Below are positions 29,277-40,095 of a stretch of DNA of 64,000 nucleotides, piece by piece. The stretch comes from Candidatus Zhuqueibacterota bacterium. GTDB taxonomy: Bacteria; SM23-31. The position numbers were made by a program, and so were the translations under genes. Position 1 is the stretch's first letter. Every line of letters begins with the position of its first letter. The notes beneath the pieces are model-generated. The model had not been told where the DNA came from. It did not search any database and was given only the letters and a program-made list of their open reading frames with translations. The stretch is taken from the NCBI GenBank assembly GCA_042564455.1, contig JBHPLC010000003.1, positions 8,394 through 72,393 of the forward strand, in the 5' to 3' direction.

Positions 29277-31001
29277 TTAATAATTTATACCTATTGAAGT
29301 AAAGAATTTCAAACCTTTCAGATTCCTTCCGGGTATATTCTGTATTGTAAAATTCGAACCTTTCATATATTCAAATTCACCTCTGAAGAACATATTACGA
29401 AACAATTCATAGGAAAATTCAAGTTTCACTGTATGGATTTTCTCAACATCACCTTCCAGAAATCTTATTTCGCTATCACTGTGGAGCATCCATGGTTCAT
29501 CGATATTTCCGCCGACAAATTCACCCTCAGGATTCTTACCATGCCTGATATAAGAATACTCAATATCCACATACAGTTCCTTTGAAAAATAATGGTCGAT
29601 CCCTAAGTATATCTCGTCAGAATTAGGCGGAAGATAATGCCCCAGACCCGTATCATAATGTTTATATACATTTATTTTATAAGTATGAGTATAAACAAAT
29701 GGTTTTATCCGGGTGTATTCCAGTCTGAGAGAAGTATCTTTGATATTAAACGGATCTGTCAGATGAAGCCCGCCTATATAGGCGAATTTATTGCCTATCC
29801 AGTTAGTGCCAAGTCTTTCAAGGTAAATGTCATCCATCAGGAACTCACCGTAAAACCTCAGGCCATTTTTTACGGAATAATTGATATCCGCACCCATAAG
29901 GGCATTATCCTGATCACCCAGATAATGTTCCGCTGAACGCAGGAACATTAATGGATTCAGGTATGCGATCTCCACACCTCTCTGTCCATATATCACAGCT
30001 TCCTGAAAACCAAGATTTAACTTCTCCAACAGGTTCAATTCCAGCCTGTGAGCGGCAATATATTTCTGAGAGTATTTATTTTTGCTGCCGGCTTCTTCAT
30101 CAAACCTCTGTTCAACAAGTCTTGGAAACTGCTGAAGATATCCGAATACATGGGCAAAATTAAATTTCCAGAATCGTGTTTTCAGTTTTACCAGGTCATA
30201 TGAAGTTGCATTATCCGACAGCATCAAACTTCCCCTGTAGCCCGGTCCCCATTTATTAAGGTTTTTTCCGAATTCCAGCTCAAACGGGGCAATATTATAT
30301 ACGATATAGGCAATGGTCTCATCATGGTATTGATGATCTCCCATGTTATTGATCCATCCCAAACCGGGAGCTGTCTGGTCTCTCCCAACTCTATACTTTC
30401 TATTTCCCCACTCTTTTGTATTTCTTGCATCAATAAAGAAACCTAAGTTTTCCCCCAGGTTTCCCCTTACCTGAATACCTGTAGTGTATCGGTTAATCCT
30501 GTCCTTCGATGAGATGGAATCCAGGTCATTTATTCTAATATCCTGATGAGCGATGACATCAACGAATATGTTAAATTTATCCTTTTTAATCTCCAGAAGA
30601 TTCCTGTAATTCCCGTAAAAAATATCCGGCAGACGACTTTTCGTAAAATCCACCCATCCCGGAATTGCAATATTACTTATGTTTATCGAAGGTTCTTTCT
30701 GATTGATCTCTTCAGCGAATTCCTGTTCATAATATGACAATAGTTCTTTTTCTGTTCCTGATAGTTGATCAATAAAATCATTATATGTCTGAATAAGGAA
30801 ATCGGCAGTTTCCACTCTTGAATAAGGTTTTGTCCCCGTGGTAAAATTTTTCAGGAATCCTTTTGTCTGAAGTCTGTCGATGAATTTATAAACAGGATGA
30901 TTCAACGGCACATATACAGATTGAGCGTATGATAAATTAATCTGCATGCTCAACAGGAAAATAACAATGAGGAATAACCGGTTTTTTATTATATTCTGCA
31001 T
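29277..31001 (-). CDS. outer-membrane protein, Wzi-like capsule assembly family (tentative)
   Basis: Signal peptide, then VYVPLNHPVYKFIDRLQTKG (resembles the Wzi N-terminal motif). Alternating aromatic beta-strands. C-terminal aromatic residue. Confidence 0.4.
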   Translation of the reverse strand: MQNIIKNRLFLIVIFLLSMQINLSYAQSVYVPLNHPVYKFIDRLQTKGFLKNFTTGTKPYSRVETADFLIQTYNDFIDQLSGTEKELLSYYEQEFAEEINQKEPSINISNIAIPGWVDFTKSRLPDIFYGNYRNLLEIKKDKFNIFVDVIAHQDIRINDLDSISSKDRINRYTTGIQVRGNLGENLGFFIDARNTKEWGNRKYRVGRDQTAPGLGWINNMGDHQYHDETIAYIVYNIAPFELEFGKNLNKWGPGYRGSLMLSDNATSYDLVKLKTRFWKFNFAHVFGYLQQFPRLVEQRFDEEAGSKNKYSQKYIAAHRLELNLLEKLNLGFQEAVIYGQRGVEIAYLNPLMFLRSAEHYLGDQDNALMGADINYSVKNGLRFYGEFLMDDIYLERLGTNWIGNKFAYIGGLHLTDPFNIKDTSLRLEYTRIKPFVYTHTYKINVYKHYDTGLGHYLPPNSDEIYLGIDHYFSKELYVDIEYSYIRHGKNPEGEFVGGNIDEPWMLHSDSEIRFLEGDVEKIHTVKLEFSYELFRNMFFRGEFEYMKGSNFTIQNIPGRNLKGLKFFTSIGINY

Positions 31002-31017
31002 ATATATCGTATACGGA

Positions 31018-31749
31018 TCAGTCTGTCTGATTAGCGCCGCTTTTTGCGGTCAGGTTGCTTGCATTAAGCAGTGAGTCAAAAGTACCCGCGTCCGTCCACC
31101 ATCCGTCAAGGAATCTGTATTCGAGCTGGCCTTTTTCAATATAGGCATTGTTCACATCGGTAATTTCCAGTTCACCCCTGTCGGATGGTTTGAGTGTGCT
31201 TATGATATCAAATACCTGACTGTCATAAAAATACATACCGGTAACTGCATAATTTGATTTGGGTACTTTTGGTTTTTCTTCGATCTTTACTATTTTATCA
31301 TTTTCAAAAACAGGGACACCAAACCGTTCGGGATATTCTACTTCTTTCAGCATGATCATTGCACCCTTTTCCTGTTTTTGAAAATCCCTGGCGGCACTTA
31401 TTATATTTTTCTCTATGATATTGTCACCCAATATTACACAGAATTTATCATCGTCTGCAAAAAATTCAGCCAGTTTCAGAGCGTCTGCGATACCGCCGTG
31501 TCCCTTCTGATAACTATAATTTATGTGCTTTAAACCGAATTCTTCACCGTTTCCGAGAAGTCTCAGGAAATCTCCTGCATTATTCCCGCCTGTTATGACA
31601 AGAATGTCCCTGATATCAGCATTAACAAGGCATTCTATTGGGTAATAGATCATCGGTTTTTCATATACGGGGAGCAGATGTTTATTGGTAATTAATGTCA
31701 ACGGGTAAAGTCTTTTACCCATTCCGCCTGCCAGGATCACACCTTTCAT
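31018..31749 (-). CDS. sugar-phosphate nucleotidyltransferase (RmlA/GalU-like, short form)
   Basis: N-terminal GVILAGGMGKRLYPLT...K (nucleotidyltransferase G-x-G-x-R-L signature). 243 aa. Confidence 0.75.
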   Translation of the reverse strand: MKGVILAGGMGKRLYPLTLITNKHLLPVYEKPMIYYPIECLVNADIRDILVITGGNNAGDFLRLLGNGEEFGLKHINYSYQKGHGGIADALKLAEFFADDDKFCVILGDNIIEKNIISAARDFQKQEKGAMIMLKEVEYPERFGVPVFENDKIVKIEEKPKVPKSNYAVTGMYFYDSQVFDIISTLKPSDRGELEITDVNNAYIEKGQLEYRFLDGWWTDAGTFDSLLNASNLTAKSGANQTD

Positions 31750-31984
31750 AACTATCCGGATTTAATTTAATTTTTTAAAATTATTATAACAAAACTACAA
31801 TATACTGAATAATTTGTACATTTACACAAGAAAAATGCAAACGGAAGGTATAAATAAGTGATTGAGGATACCTGAAACTTCTGATTTATTTATTGTATTC
31901 CTGGATTTTATAAAGAATCTCTGATTACCCATTAAACTTCAATTTTGAGATATTTACAAGAATTACATTCTGTTAATATTTACC

Positions 31985-32020
31985 GTAAAATAAAAACCGG
32001 AAGTGTTTAACTTCCGGTTA
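31985..32020 (-). terminator. Rho-independent terminator closing the ribosomal super-operon after rplQ
   Basis: Minus-strand reading AACCGGAAGttaaacaCTTCCGGTT followed by TTTTTATTTTA, 40 nt after the rplQ stop. Confidence 0.7.
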
Positions 32021-32059
32021 AAAATTTGAACCTCGTGTTTTTATTTTAAGCAGACTCGA

Positions 32060-32791
32060 TCAGTCTGTTTTTTCTTCCTTTGTATCTTCTGAAGGCTCTT
32101 TAGGTTTATCATCTTCTTTTTTCTCTTCAGCTGGCGGAGTCTCTTCCACTTCCATTTTATCTTCTTCAGGTTCAGGTTCTTTTACTTCTGCTTCAGGTTC
32201 CGGTTTCTCTTCTTTGGTTTTCTTTTGAGTTTCAGCCTTCTTGGTTTTTTTGGCTTTCGTCTTTTTTTGTTTTTCAGGTTCTTCTACAACTTCTTCCTCA
32301 ACGGTTTCCTCTGCAGCCGCGGCTTCCTCCATACCCATTGCTTCAGCTTCAGCTTCTTTCTCATCTTTCTCTTTTTTCTCTTTGCGTTTCTTTCTTTCTT
32401 CTTCGCTTGCTTTTTTCTTCTTCTTGTAAGCCACTTCAAATCCGATGAGTTCAATATAAGCCATCTCAGCGGCGTCTGTACTTCTCTGGCCGATCTTTGT
32501 TATCCTGGTATAACCGCCGGGTCTGTCAGAGAATTTTGGTGCAATTTCATCAAAAAGCTCTTTAACAACACCTTTACGGTTAATAAGTTTTAATACATGT
32601 CTTCTTGCGTGAAGATCGCCTTTTTTTGCTTTAGTTATCAGTTTTTCAGCGTAACTTCTCAGCGGTTTGGCTTTTGCAAGAGTAGTCTTTATTTTCTTAT
32701 AGATTATCAATGATGCAGCCAGATTTGCCATAAGAGCTTTTCGGTGGCTCGAAGTCCGTCCTAATTTTGGTGTAGTTTTTCTATGTCGCAT
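32060..32791 (-). CDS. rplQ: 50S ribosomal protein L17 with about 115-aa K/E-rich C-terminal extension
   Basis: The N-terminal 125 aa is canonical L17 ([20 protein letters not shown]...). The remainder is low-complexity [27 protein letters not shown]... Confidence 0.85.
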   Translation of the reverse strand: MRHRKTTPKLGRTSSHRKALMANLAASLIIYKKIKTTLAKAKPLRSYAEKLITKAKKGDLHARRHVLKLINRKGVVKELFDEIAPKFSDRPGGYTRITKIGQRSTDAAEMAYIELIGFEVAYKKKKKASEEERKKRKEKKEKDEKEAEAEAMGMEEAAAAEETVEEEVVEEPEKQKKTKAKKTKKAETQKKTKEEKPEPEAEVKEPEPEEDKMEVEETPPAEEKKEDDKPKEPSEDTKEEKTD

Positions 32792-32808
32792 TCTAATTCA
32801 CTCTACTT

Positions 32809-33795
32809 TTAGTCTTCTTCATTCTTAACATATTTATCTATACTCATACCGAAATGCAGTCCTCTTTCTTCAAGTATCTTTGTCAATTCCGTAAGACTCT
32901 TTCTTCCGAAATTCCTGAATTTCAGCATTGTTTGTTCGTCTTTACTCACAAGATCACCAATAGTTTTAATATTGGCTGCTTTCAGACAATTATGAGACCT
33001 GACTGATAATTCGAGTTCATCAACACTCATTTTCAGCAGTTTCCTGATCCTCAGGACCTCTTCATCAACTTCAGGAGATTCATCATCTTCCGGCTCGACA
33101 TCAAAGTTAATGAACAGATTGATATGATCTCTTAGGATCTTTCCTCCGAAAGTAAGAGCGTCATCAGGAGTTACACTCCCATCGGTCTCAATTTCCATGA
33201 TCAGTTTTTCGTAATCTACCCTCTGCCCGACACGTGTTGGTTCAACATTGTATTTAACCGCTATTACCGGTGAATAGATTGAATCGATCGGAATAGTACC
33301 TATAGGCTGGTCCAGAGCTTTGTTTTCCTCTGATGCCACATAACCTCTTCCTCTTCCGATCCTTATTTCCAATCCGAAATCCGCATCTTCATCCATAACT
33401 GCGATTAGATGGTCCGGATTTAATATTTCAATAGCATCAGTAACTGCATTAATATCACGAGCGTAGAATTCCCCTGCTCCTTTAAAATTAAGGAATATCT
33501 TTTCGGGGCGTTTTTCTAATAGCTTTATTCTTACTTCTTTTAAATTAAGTATTAATTCTGAAACATCTTCTTTGACTCCCGGAATTGTCGAGAATTCGTG
33601 TAAAACTGAGTCAATTTTTATCGAAGTTATTGCTGCACCGGATAAAGACGACAGTAAAACTCTTCTGAGAGCATTCCCAATTGTCGTTCCGAAACCTCTT
33701 TCGAGCGGCTGAATAATGAAGCGCCCAAAGGTTGCGGAGTAAGAAGACTCATCTAAGTCGATAGCATCCGGCATTGTTAAGGTTGTGGCATTCAT
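32809..33795 (-). CDS. rpoA: DNA-directed RNA polymerase subunit alpha
   Basis: 328 aa. N-terminal dimerisation domain and a C-terminal domain after a linker. Conserved position after rpsD. Confidence 0.9.
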   Translation of the reverse strand: MNATTLTMPDAIDLDESSYSATFGRFIIQPLERGFGTTIGNALRRVLLSSLSGAAITSIKIDSVLHEFSTIPGVKEDVSELILNLKEVRIKLLEKRPEKIFLNFKGAGEFYARDINAVTDAIEILNPDHLIAVMDEDADFGLEIRIGRGRGYVASEENKALDQPIGTIPIDSIYSPVIAVKYNVEPTRVGQRVDYEKLIMEIETDGSVTPDDALTFGGKILRDHINLFINFDVEPEDDESPEVDEEVLRIRKLLKMSVDELELSVRSHNCLKAANIKTIGDLVSKDEQTMLKFRNFGRKSLTELTKILEERGLHFGMSIDKYVKNEED

Positions 33796-33831
33796 TCCAC
33801 TTCTCCCTAAAAGTCAAAATGATCAATTTGA

Positions 33832-34461
33832 TTATTTAGAATACAATTCAACAACCATCTGTTCCTGAACATTAACTGGGACTTCCGCTCTTTCAGGAAT
33901 AGTTTCAAATGTTCCGGTAAGATTAGCTTTATCCAAAACCAACCATGGATAAGGTTTACTTTCCTTTATCCGTCTAATAGATTGATGAATCGCTTCAAGT
34001 TTTCGGCTTCTGTCTTTTACTTTGATCAGATCGCCAGGTACCACCAGATATGATGGTATGTCAATTACATGGTCATTTACAACAAAATGACGATGACGAA
34101 CCAATTGTCTTGCCGCAGCTCTTGAAGGAGCAAAACCCAGTCGATAAACAACATTGTCCAGTCTTCTCTCAAGCATTTTGATCAAGTTTTCACCGGTAAT
34201 GCCTTTTTCTCTTTCCGCTCTGTGGAAATAGTTGCGGAACTGTCTTTCGAGCAATCCGTACATCTGTCTTATCTTCTGTTTTTCACGAAGCTGAATACCG
34301 TAATCGGATATCTTAAATCTTCTGTTTTTTCCGTGCTGTCCGGGAGGATACCCCCGTCTTTCGAAAGAGCATTTATTAGTCGAACAACGTTGTCCTTTTA
34401 AAAAGAGTTTTTCACCTTCTCTACGACATATTTTGCAAACCGCATCAGTGTAACGCGCCAT
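33832..34461 (-). CDS. rpsD: 30S ribosomal protein S4
   Basis: MARYTDAVCKICRREGEKLFLKG..C, a zinc-finger-type S4. Confidence 0.9.
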   Translation of the reverse strand: MARYTDAVCKICRREGEKLFLKGQRCSTNKCSFERRGYPPGQHGKNRRFKISDYGIQLREKQKIRQMYGLLERQFRNYFHRAEREKGITGENLIKMLERRLDNVVYRLGFAPSRAAARQLVRHRHFVVNDHVIDIPSYLVVPGDLIKVKDRSRKLEAIHQSIRRIKESKPYPWLVLDKANLTGTFETIPERAEVPVNVQEQMVVELYSK

Positions 34462-34504
34462 TTGTACTCCGTTGACTTTCTACATTATAAAAACATTAAA
34501 TTAT

Positions 34505-34894
34505 TTAAACACGCCTTTTTTTAGGAGGACGACACCCGTTATGAGGGATAGGCGTCACATCCTTGATAGCTGTAATTTCAAGACCGGCAGCCTGCAGGGC
34601 TCTGATAGCAGCTTCTCTTCCCGAACCGGGACCTTTCACGAGTACTTCGACTCTCCTTAAACCCAGATCCATAGCTGTTTTTGCACAATTTTGTGCTGCT
34701 AACTGGGCTGCAAATGGAGTGTTTTTTCTTGAACCTTTAAAACCTACCATACCTGCAGAAGCCCATGAAATTACATTTCCATAAATATCTGTTAAAGAAA
34801 TAACAGTATTATTAAATGTTGCTTTTATATGGGCAATTCCATTGGGATCAACTTTTTCCTTTTTCTTAGCCGTGCGTTTTTTGGGACCGGCCAT
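34505..34894 (-). CDS. rpsK: 30S ribosomal protein S11
   Basis: Canonical S11 sequence and operon position. Confidence 0.9.
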   Translation of the reverse strand: MAGPKKRTAKKKEKVDPNGIAHIKATFNNTVISLTDIYGNVISWASAGMVGFKGSRKNTPFAAQLAAQNCAKTAMDLGLRRVEVLVKGPGSGREAAIRALQAAGLEITAIKDVTPIPHNGCRPPKKRRV

Positions 34895-34930
34895 TAAATC
34901 CTCCAGTAATATATATTTATTAACTAATTT

Positions 34931-35296
34931 TTATCTTTTACCGCCTGAAGACCGTTTTTTGCCTTTACGTGTCCGGGCATTTGTTTTAGTACGCTGACCT
35001 CTTAGGGGCAGCCCCCGGCGATGTCTTAAACCTCTGTAACATCCAATATCTCTTAAACGTTTTATATTCATCTGGACTTCAGTCCTAAGAGTACCTTCGA
35101 CTTTAAGATTAGATTGGATATTGGATCTTATAGCACCTATCTGGTCATCATTCAGATCTTTGATTCTAATATTTTCATCAATTTGGCAGTCAGCCAGGAT
35201 CTTCTTTGAAGTAGTATTACCAATTCCAAAAATATAAGTTAATCCGATAATTACTCTTTTATCATTAGGTAAATCAACACCTGCAATACGAACCAA
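34931..35296 (-). CDS. rpsM: 30S ribosomal protein S13
   Basis: [10 protein letters not shown]... canonical. Confidence 0.9.
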   Translation of the reverse strand: MVRIAGVDLPNDKRVIIGLTYIFGIGNTTSKKILADCQIDENIRIKDLNDDQIGAIRSNIQSNLKVEGTLRTEVQMNIKRLRDIGCYRGLRHRRGLPLRGQRTKTNARTRKGKKRSSGGKR

Positions 35297-35349
35297 TCAA
35301 ACCTCCCGGAAATTAAAATTTTCATATGCGAATTTATACATATTTACTA

Positions 35350-35463
35350 TTAACCTTGTCTTTGTTTGTGACGTTTATTTTTGCATATAACTCTTAAAAC
35401 ACCGCGTCTTTTAATAATTCTGCAATTATCACACATCTTTTTTATTGAAGAGCGTACCTTCAT
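35350..35463 (-). CDS. rpmJ: 50S ribosomal protein L36
   Basis: Found by hand; it falls below the ORF-track length cutoff. It translates to [37 protein letters not shown], with the C-C-C-H zinc motif, between infA and rpsM. Confidence 0.85.
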   Translation of the reverse strand: MKVRSSIKKMCDNCRIIKRRGVLRVICKNKRHKQRQG

Positions 35464-35486
35464 TTCAAACTCCGCTTCATTAAAAA

Positions 35487-35705
35487 TTATTTATATCTGT
35501 ATACTATACGACCTTTAGTCAGATCATATGGAGACATCTCCACAGCTACTTTATCTCCGGGAAGGATCTTTATAAAGTGCATTCTCATTTTTCCCGAAAT
35601 ATGAGCTAAAATAATATGACCATTTTCAAGTTTCACTCTAAATGAAGCATTTGGTAAAGTTTCAGTAATTACTCCGTCTACTTTTATCGGTGCCTCTTTA
35701 GCCAA
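35487..35705 (-). CDS. infA: translation initiation factor IF-1
   Basis: 72-aa S1-like OB fold. MAKE...[13 protein letters not shown] canonical. Confidence 0.9.
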   Translation of the reverse strand: MAKEAPIKVDGVITETLPNASFRVKLENGHIILAHISGKMRMHFIKILPGDKVAVEMSPYDLTKGRIVYRYK

Positions 35706-35707
35706 AA

Positions 35708-36463
35708 CTATCTCCCTGATGTTAATATTTCCGGTCCGTTCTCCGTTACTGCAATAGTATGCTCAAAATGTGCGGACGTACTGAAATCTTTTGTTATTAT
35801 TGTCCAGCCATCCGGCATAAAAGAGACTTCCCATCCGCCGGTGTTTATCATCGGCTCTATCGCAAAAACCATCCCGGTCGTTATTTTGGGCTGCGGACCT
35901 TTTCTTTCATCAATAAAGTTTGGTATTTCAGGATCTTCATGCAGCGACTGACCTATACCGTGTCCAACCAGATCCCGGACAACAGAAAATCCCATATCCT
36001 CTGCATAAGTTTGAATAGCCCCGGAAATATTTGAGATCCTGTTTCCGTCAACCGCTTCATTTATCCCTTTTTCAAGAGCATTTTCCGTAACACTCATCAA
36101 TTTCTGTTTCTCATCTGATATTTCACCAATTGCATAAGTCCGGGCAGCGTCTGCAAAATATCCGTTCAGCTCAACTCCAATATCTATACTGACTAACTGG
36201 CCATTTTCAAATTTTCTGTCATTAGGTATTCCATGAACTACAACTTCATCGATTGAAATGCATGTACTGTTCGGAAATCCTCTATAACCTTTAAAAGCAG
36301 GTTTTGCTCCTGAACCAACTATATAATTCTCAACCGCCCTATCTAACTCAATTGACTTTGTTCCGGGCCCGATACTTTCTGTTACCAGATCAAATGTTTT
36401 AACAAGAACTTCGGCTGCTCTCCGCATCAAGTCAATTTCTTTTGGTGAGCGGCAATAAATCAT
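35708..36463 (-). CDS. map: methionine aminopeptidase type I
   Basis: Pita-bread fold. Metal ligands in the conserved D..D..H..E..E blocks. Confidence 0.85.
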   Translation of the reverse strand: MIYCRSPKEIDLMRRAAEVLVKTFDLVTESIGPGTKSIELDRAVENYIVGSGAKPAFKGYRGFPNSTCISIDEVVVHGIPNDRKFENGQLVSIDIGVELNGYFADAARTYAIGEISDEKQKLMSVTENALEKGINEAVDGNRISNISGAIQTYAEDMGFSVVRDLVGHGIGQSLHEDPEIPNFIDERKGPQPKITTGMVFAIEPMINTGGWEVSFMPDGWTIITKDFSTSAHFEHTIAVTENGPEILTSGR

Positions 36464-36467
36464 TAAT

Positions 36468-37112
36468 TTAGCTTTCCAATATCTTAATGATAGAATTATA
36501 TACTTCTTCAGTTTTCTGCATGCCGTTTACATCCTTCAGCAGTCCTTTGCTCTCATAAAAAGAAACCAATGGCGCTGTGGAATTTGTGTAAACAGTCAGC
36601 CTGTTCCTGATCGTAGCTTCCTTATCATCGTCACGTTGATAGATCTCACCACCACAATCTGTGCAGACCATATCTGCAGGAGGAGGATTGGTTATGGTAT
36701 TATAGTCTTTTCCGCAATTTCTGCACAATCTTCTGCTAACCAATCTCCTAACTATCTCATCTTCAGGAACATCAATACTAACAACCGCATCTAAAGGTAT
36801 ATTTAAATTTTTTAAAAGAACATCCAGCGCTTCAGCCTGCGGCGTGGAGCGCGGGAATCCATCCAGTATAAAACCGTTTTCACAGTCTTTTTCCTGAAGC
36901 CTTTCACGAATAAGATTAATAATGATCTCATCAGGTACGAGTTCGCCTTTGTTCATAAATTCTTTTGCTTTCAGACCAAGTTCTGTCCCCTCTTTAAGAG
37001 CGGCACGCAGAATGTCCCCGGTTGAGATCTGTGGAATCTGATATTTTTCTTCAATCTGTTTTGCCTGTGTTCCTTTGCCAACACCAGGAGCTCCAAGTAG
37101 TATTAATCTCAT
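36468..37112 (-). CDS. adk: adenylate kinase (Zn-lid type)
   Basis: P-loop GAPGVGKGTQ. Lid with CRNCG...CTDCG, a four-Cys zinc site. Confidence 0.9.
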   Translation of the reverse strand: MRLILLGAPGVGKGTQAKQIEEKYQIPQISTGDILRAALKEGTELGLKAKEFMNKGELVPDEIIINLIRERLQEKDCENGFILDGFPRSTPQAEALDVLLKNLNIPLDAVVSIDVPEDEIVRRLVSRRLCRNCGKDYNTITNPPPADMVCTDCGGEIYQRDDDKEATIRNRLTVYTNSTAPLVSFYESKGLLKDVNGMQKTEEVYNSIIKILES

Positions 37113-37163
37113 GATCGTAATCTCTCTAAATATAATTTTTCTGATTATTATAATATATCAGTT

Positions 37164-38495
37164 TTAACGTCTGCCTCTTATTCTTCCTGATTTCATAAAT
37201 CCGTCGTAATGGCGCATCAGCAGGTGAGATTCGATCTGCTGAAGTGTATCAAGAGCAACTCCAACAACAATCAGCAATCCTGTCCCTCCAAAGATCATTG
37301 CATATCCGACATCGACTTTAAATATCTGAATTATAAAATAAGGAAATACTGCAATCAGTGCCAGGAAACATGCACCCGGCAGAGTAATTTTTGTCAAAAT
37401 ATTATCTATAAAATTAGCGGTATTTTTACCCGGACGTACACCGGGAATAAATCCACCGTGTTTTTTCATATTGTCAGCCACATCAATTGGATTAAAAGCA
37501 ATAGCTGTATAAAAGTATGTAAAGAATACGATAAGCAATCCCTCAACGAGCCAGTAGACTTTTGACTGAAAGGTGAAGTACTGTCCTATCGTAGTAAGTA
37601 TCGCGCTGTTAGGGAAAATACTTGCTACTGTTGATGGGATGAATATAATTGCCTGAGCAAAGATAATAGGCATTACGCCTGCCGTATTAACTCTCATCGG
37701 TATATGAGTCGCCTGACCGCCATAGACTTTTCTTCCAACTACTCTTTTTGCATACTGAACGGGAATTTTCCTGGTTCCTTGAGTCAGCATTACAACGGCT
37801 GCGATCGTCCAGAACATAATACCTAACAGGACCACTTCCTTAACCAGCGAGGTAGTACCTTCCAATATATATGTCATTTCATTATTGAATGTAGCAGGAT
37901 ACCGTGCAACAATACCTATCATAATGATCAGGGAAATTCCGTTACCGATCCCCCTCTCAGTAATCTGTTCACCCAGCCACATTATAAAGATCGTACCGGT
38001 CGTTAATGTTATCATCGTTACGAACTGGAACATAATTCCGGGATCAGTAACGACTGACAGACCGCTTTGAGTCGGAGGCAGTTTAATCAGGAAGAAACTC
38101 ACACCCCAGGCCTGCATAGCTGAAATAAGGACCGTACCGTATCTTGTTAACTGAGTGATCTTCTTCCGGCCTTCCTCGCCTTCTTTCTGAAGTTTCTGGA
38201 AATACGGAACAACTGCTCCAAGAAGCTGGATAATAATCGATGCACTTATGTAAGGCATGATACCCAGAGCAAAAACAGTTGCTTTTTGAAAGGCGCCGCC
38301 GACAAACATATCATAGAGGCCAAACAGTGTTCCGGAACCTCCAATCTGGTTGAACCATTCGCCTAATGCAGGAGCATATATACCAGGTACAGGTAAATGA
38401 CCACCTACACGATATATAATCAGAATGGATAATGTAAAAATGATCCTTTTCCTCAGTTCAGGAATCCTATAAATGCTTTGTAACATCTGAATCAT
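37164..38495 (-). CDS. secY: preprotein translocase subunit SecY
   Basis: 443 aa, 10 TM, conserved SecY blocks. Position between rplO and adk. Confidence 0.9.
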   Translation of the reverse strand: MIQMLQSIYRIPELRKRIIFTLSILIIYRVGGHLPVPGIYAPALGEWFNQIGGSGTLFGLYDMFVGGAFQKATVFALGIMPYISASIIIQLLGAVVPYFQKLQKEGEEGRKKITQLTRYGTVLISAMQAWGVSFFLIKLPPTQSGLSVVTDPGIMFQFVTMITLTTGTIFIMWLGEQITERGIGNGISLIIMIGIVARYPATFNNEMTYILEGTTSLVKEVVLLGIMFWTIAAVVMLTQGTRKIPVQYAKRVVGRKVYGGQATHIPMRVNTAGVMPIIFAQAIIFIPSTVASIFPNSAILTTIGQYFTFQSKVYWLVEGLLIVFFTYFYTAIAFNPIDVADNMKKHGGFIPGVRPGKNTANFIDNILTKITLPGACFLALIAVFPYFIIQIFKVDVGYAMIFGGTGLLIVVGVALDTLQQIESHLLMRHYDGFMKSGRIRGRR

Positions 38496-38932
38496 AACAG
38501 GTGTACTTTGCCTCCAGCTTGAGTAATTTTTTCCACAGCAGATTTACTAGCTGCATGAACTGTTATTTCAATCGGGAAATCTATATTACCCTTTCCGAGC
38601 AGTTTTATCGGTACATCAGCCTTTTTGACTATTCCTGAATCAACCAGATCAAAAAGCTCAGCTTTCTTTTTGTTCTTGAAATGTGCAAGTTTATCAAGAT
38701 TTATTACCTGAAAAACTTCTCTGAAATTATTTGTGAAGCCGAATTTCGGTATTCTTCTCTGCAAAGGCATCTGACCACCTTCAAACCATGCAGGAATGGA
38801 GGCTCCGGAACGGCATTTTTGTCCGTTCATTCCTTTTCCGGCAGTACATCCTTTACCGGAACCAGGCCCTCTGCCTATTCTTTTACGGTTTTTGCGAGAA
38901 CCTTTTTTGGGTCCTAATGTATTTAACTTCAT
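38492..38932 (-). CDS. rplO: 50S ribosomal protein L15
   Basis: Track ORF extends to 38953 and would overlap rpmD. Homology begins at MKLNTLGPKKGS... (Met at 38932). Confidence 0.85.
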   Translation of the reverse strand: MKLNTLGPKKGSRKNRKRIGRGPGSGKGCTAGKGMNGQKCRSGASIPAWFEGGQMPLQRRIPKFGFTNNFREVFQVINLDKLAHFKNKKKAELFDLVDSGIVKKADVPIKLLGKGNIDFPIEITVHAASKSAVEKITQAGGKVHLL

Positions 38933-38939
38933 AGTTCTA

Positions 38940-39146
38940 TTAGTTCTCCTCAAGAATCTTTACGAGATGAGATACTTTATTTATCATACCCCTGATCTGG
39001 GGAGTATCTTTGTGCTCAACTGTCTGGCCCAATTTATGGATACCCAGAGCTTCTATGGTTAATTTTTGTTTTTTATTATAACCAATAGCACTTTTCACTT
39101 GTTTAATTTTGATACTCTTTCCACTGTCTTTTTTCTTGGCTGTCAT
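38940..39146 (-). CDS. rpmD: 50S ribosomal protein L30
   Basis: 68 aa. Canonical L30 sequence and position. Confidence 0.85.
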   Translation of the reverse strand: MTAKKKDSGKSIKIKQVKSAIGYNKKQKLTIEALGIHKLGQTVEHKDTPQIRGMINKVSHLVKILEEN

Positions 39147-39161
39147 AATATTATAATTCTC

Positions 39162-39662
39162 TTACTGGTATATTTGATTAATTTCAATTCCTTTTTTCCT
39201 GGCAACGGAATAAGCATCCTGTAAATTTTCCAATCCCTGAACAGTTGCTTTTACCGCATTGTGAGGATTTGAAGAACCAATGGATTTTGTCAGGATATTT
39301 TGAATTCCTGCGAGTTCCATAATAGCCCTGACCGGCCCTCCAGCAATAATTCCTGTACCGGGAGCAGCGGGTTTCATAAAAACACGACCTGATCCGTATC
39401 GTCCTATTGTTTCATGAGTAATAGTTCCGTTAATGATTGGTATCTTTAACAGGCGTTTTCTTGCATTTTCCACACCTTTGGTAATAGCATTGGTCACTTC
39501 ATTAGCTTTTCCAAGTCCGATTCCAATTATTCCATCACCGTTTCCGACAACAACAATGGCGTTAAAGCTGAATCTCCGTCCACCCTTAACCACTTTTGCA
39601 ACGCGATTAATATGAACGACTTTTTCCTTTAACTCTATTTCACCGGGATTTTTGATTTCCAA
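39162..39662 (-). CDS. rpsE: 30S ribosomal protein S5
   Basis: Canonical S5 (dsRBD + S5 C-domain). Confidence 0.9.
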   Translation of the reverse strand: MEIKNPGEIELKEKVVHINRVAKVVKGGRRFSFNAIVVVGNGDGIIGIGLGKANEVTNAITKGVENARKRLLKIPIINGTITHETIGRYGSGRVFMKPAAPGTGIIAGGPVRAIMELAGIQNILTKSIGSSNPHNAVKATVQGLENLQDAYSVARKKGIEINQIYQ

Positions 39663-39697
39663 GTGTTTTCTCCTTATAGTATTCTGTACTTATTTCT

Positions 39698-40072
39698 TTA
39701 AAACTTCAGTCCACCTTCACGTGCACCTTCAGCAACCATTTTCACTCTTCCATGATATTTGTATCCTCTGCGGTCAAATACCACTTTTGTAATTTTCAGA
39801 TCTCCTGCTTTTTTTGCAATATCAAGTCCGACCTGCTTACTTATATCCATTTTATCAGATGATTTGTCTTTTATAGAAATATAACTTCCCGCAACACTTG
39901 TAACCGTTGCCAGTGTTTTATTTATACTATCATCAATAAGCTGAGCAGATATGTTACGAGTACCCCGGGAAACAACCAGTCTTGGCCTGTCAGAGGTACC
40001 GGAAATATTCTTCCTGATATGCTTAACTTTTCTCTGAAATAATTTCTGTTTTGTTTTTTGTTTGTCTCTCAT
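39698..40072 (-). CDS. rplR: 50S ribosomal protein L18
   Basis: Homology begins at MRDKQKTKQK.... The track ORF to 40093 adds 7 aa. Confidence 0.85.
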   Translation of the reverse strand: MRDKQKTKQKLFQRKVKHIRKNISGTSDRPRLVVSRGTRNISAQLIDDSINKTLATVTSVAGSYISIKDKSSDKMDISKQVGLDIAKKAGDLKITKVVFDRRGYKYHGRVKMVAEGAREGGLKF

Positions 40073-40095
40073 ATTCAAAATTCCACTAATCAATA

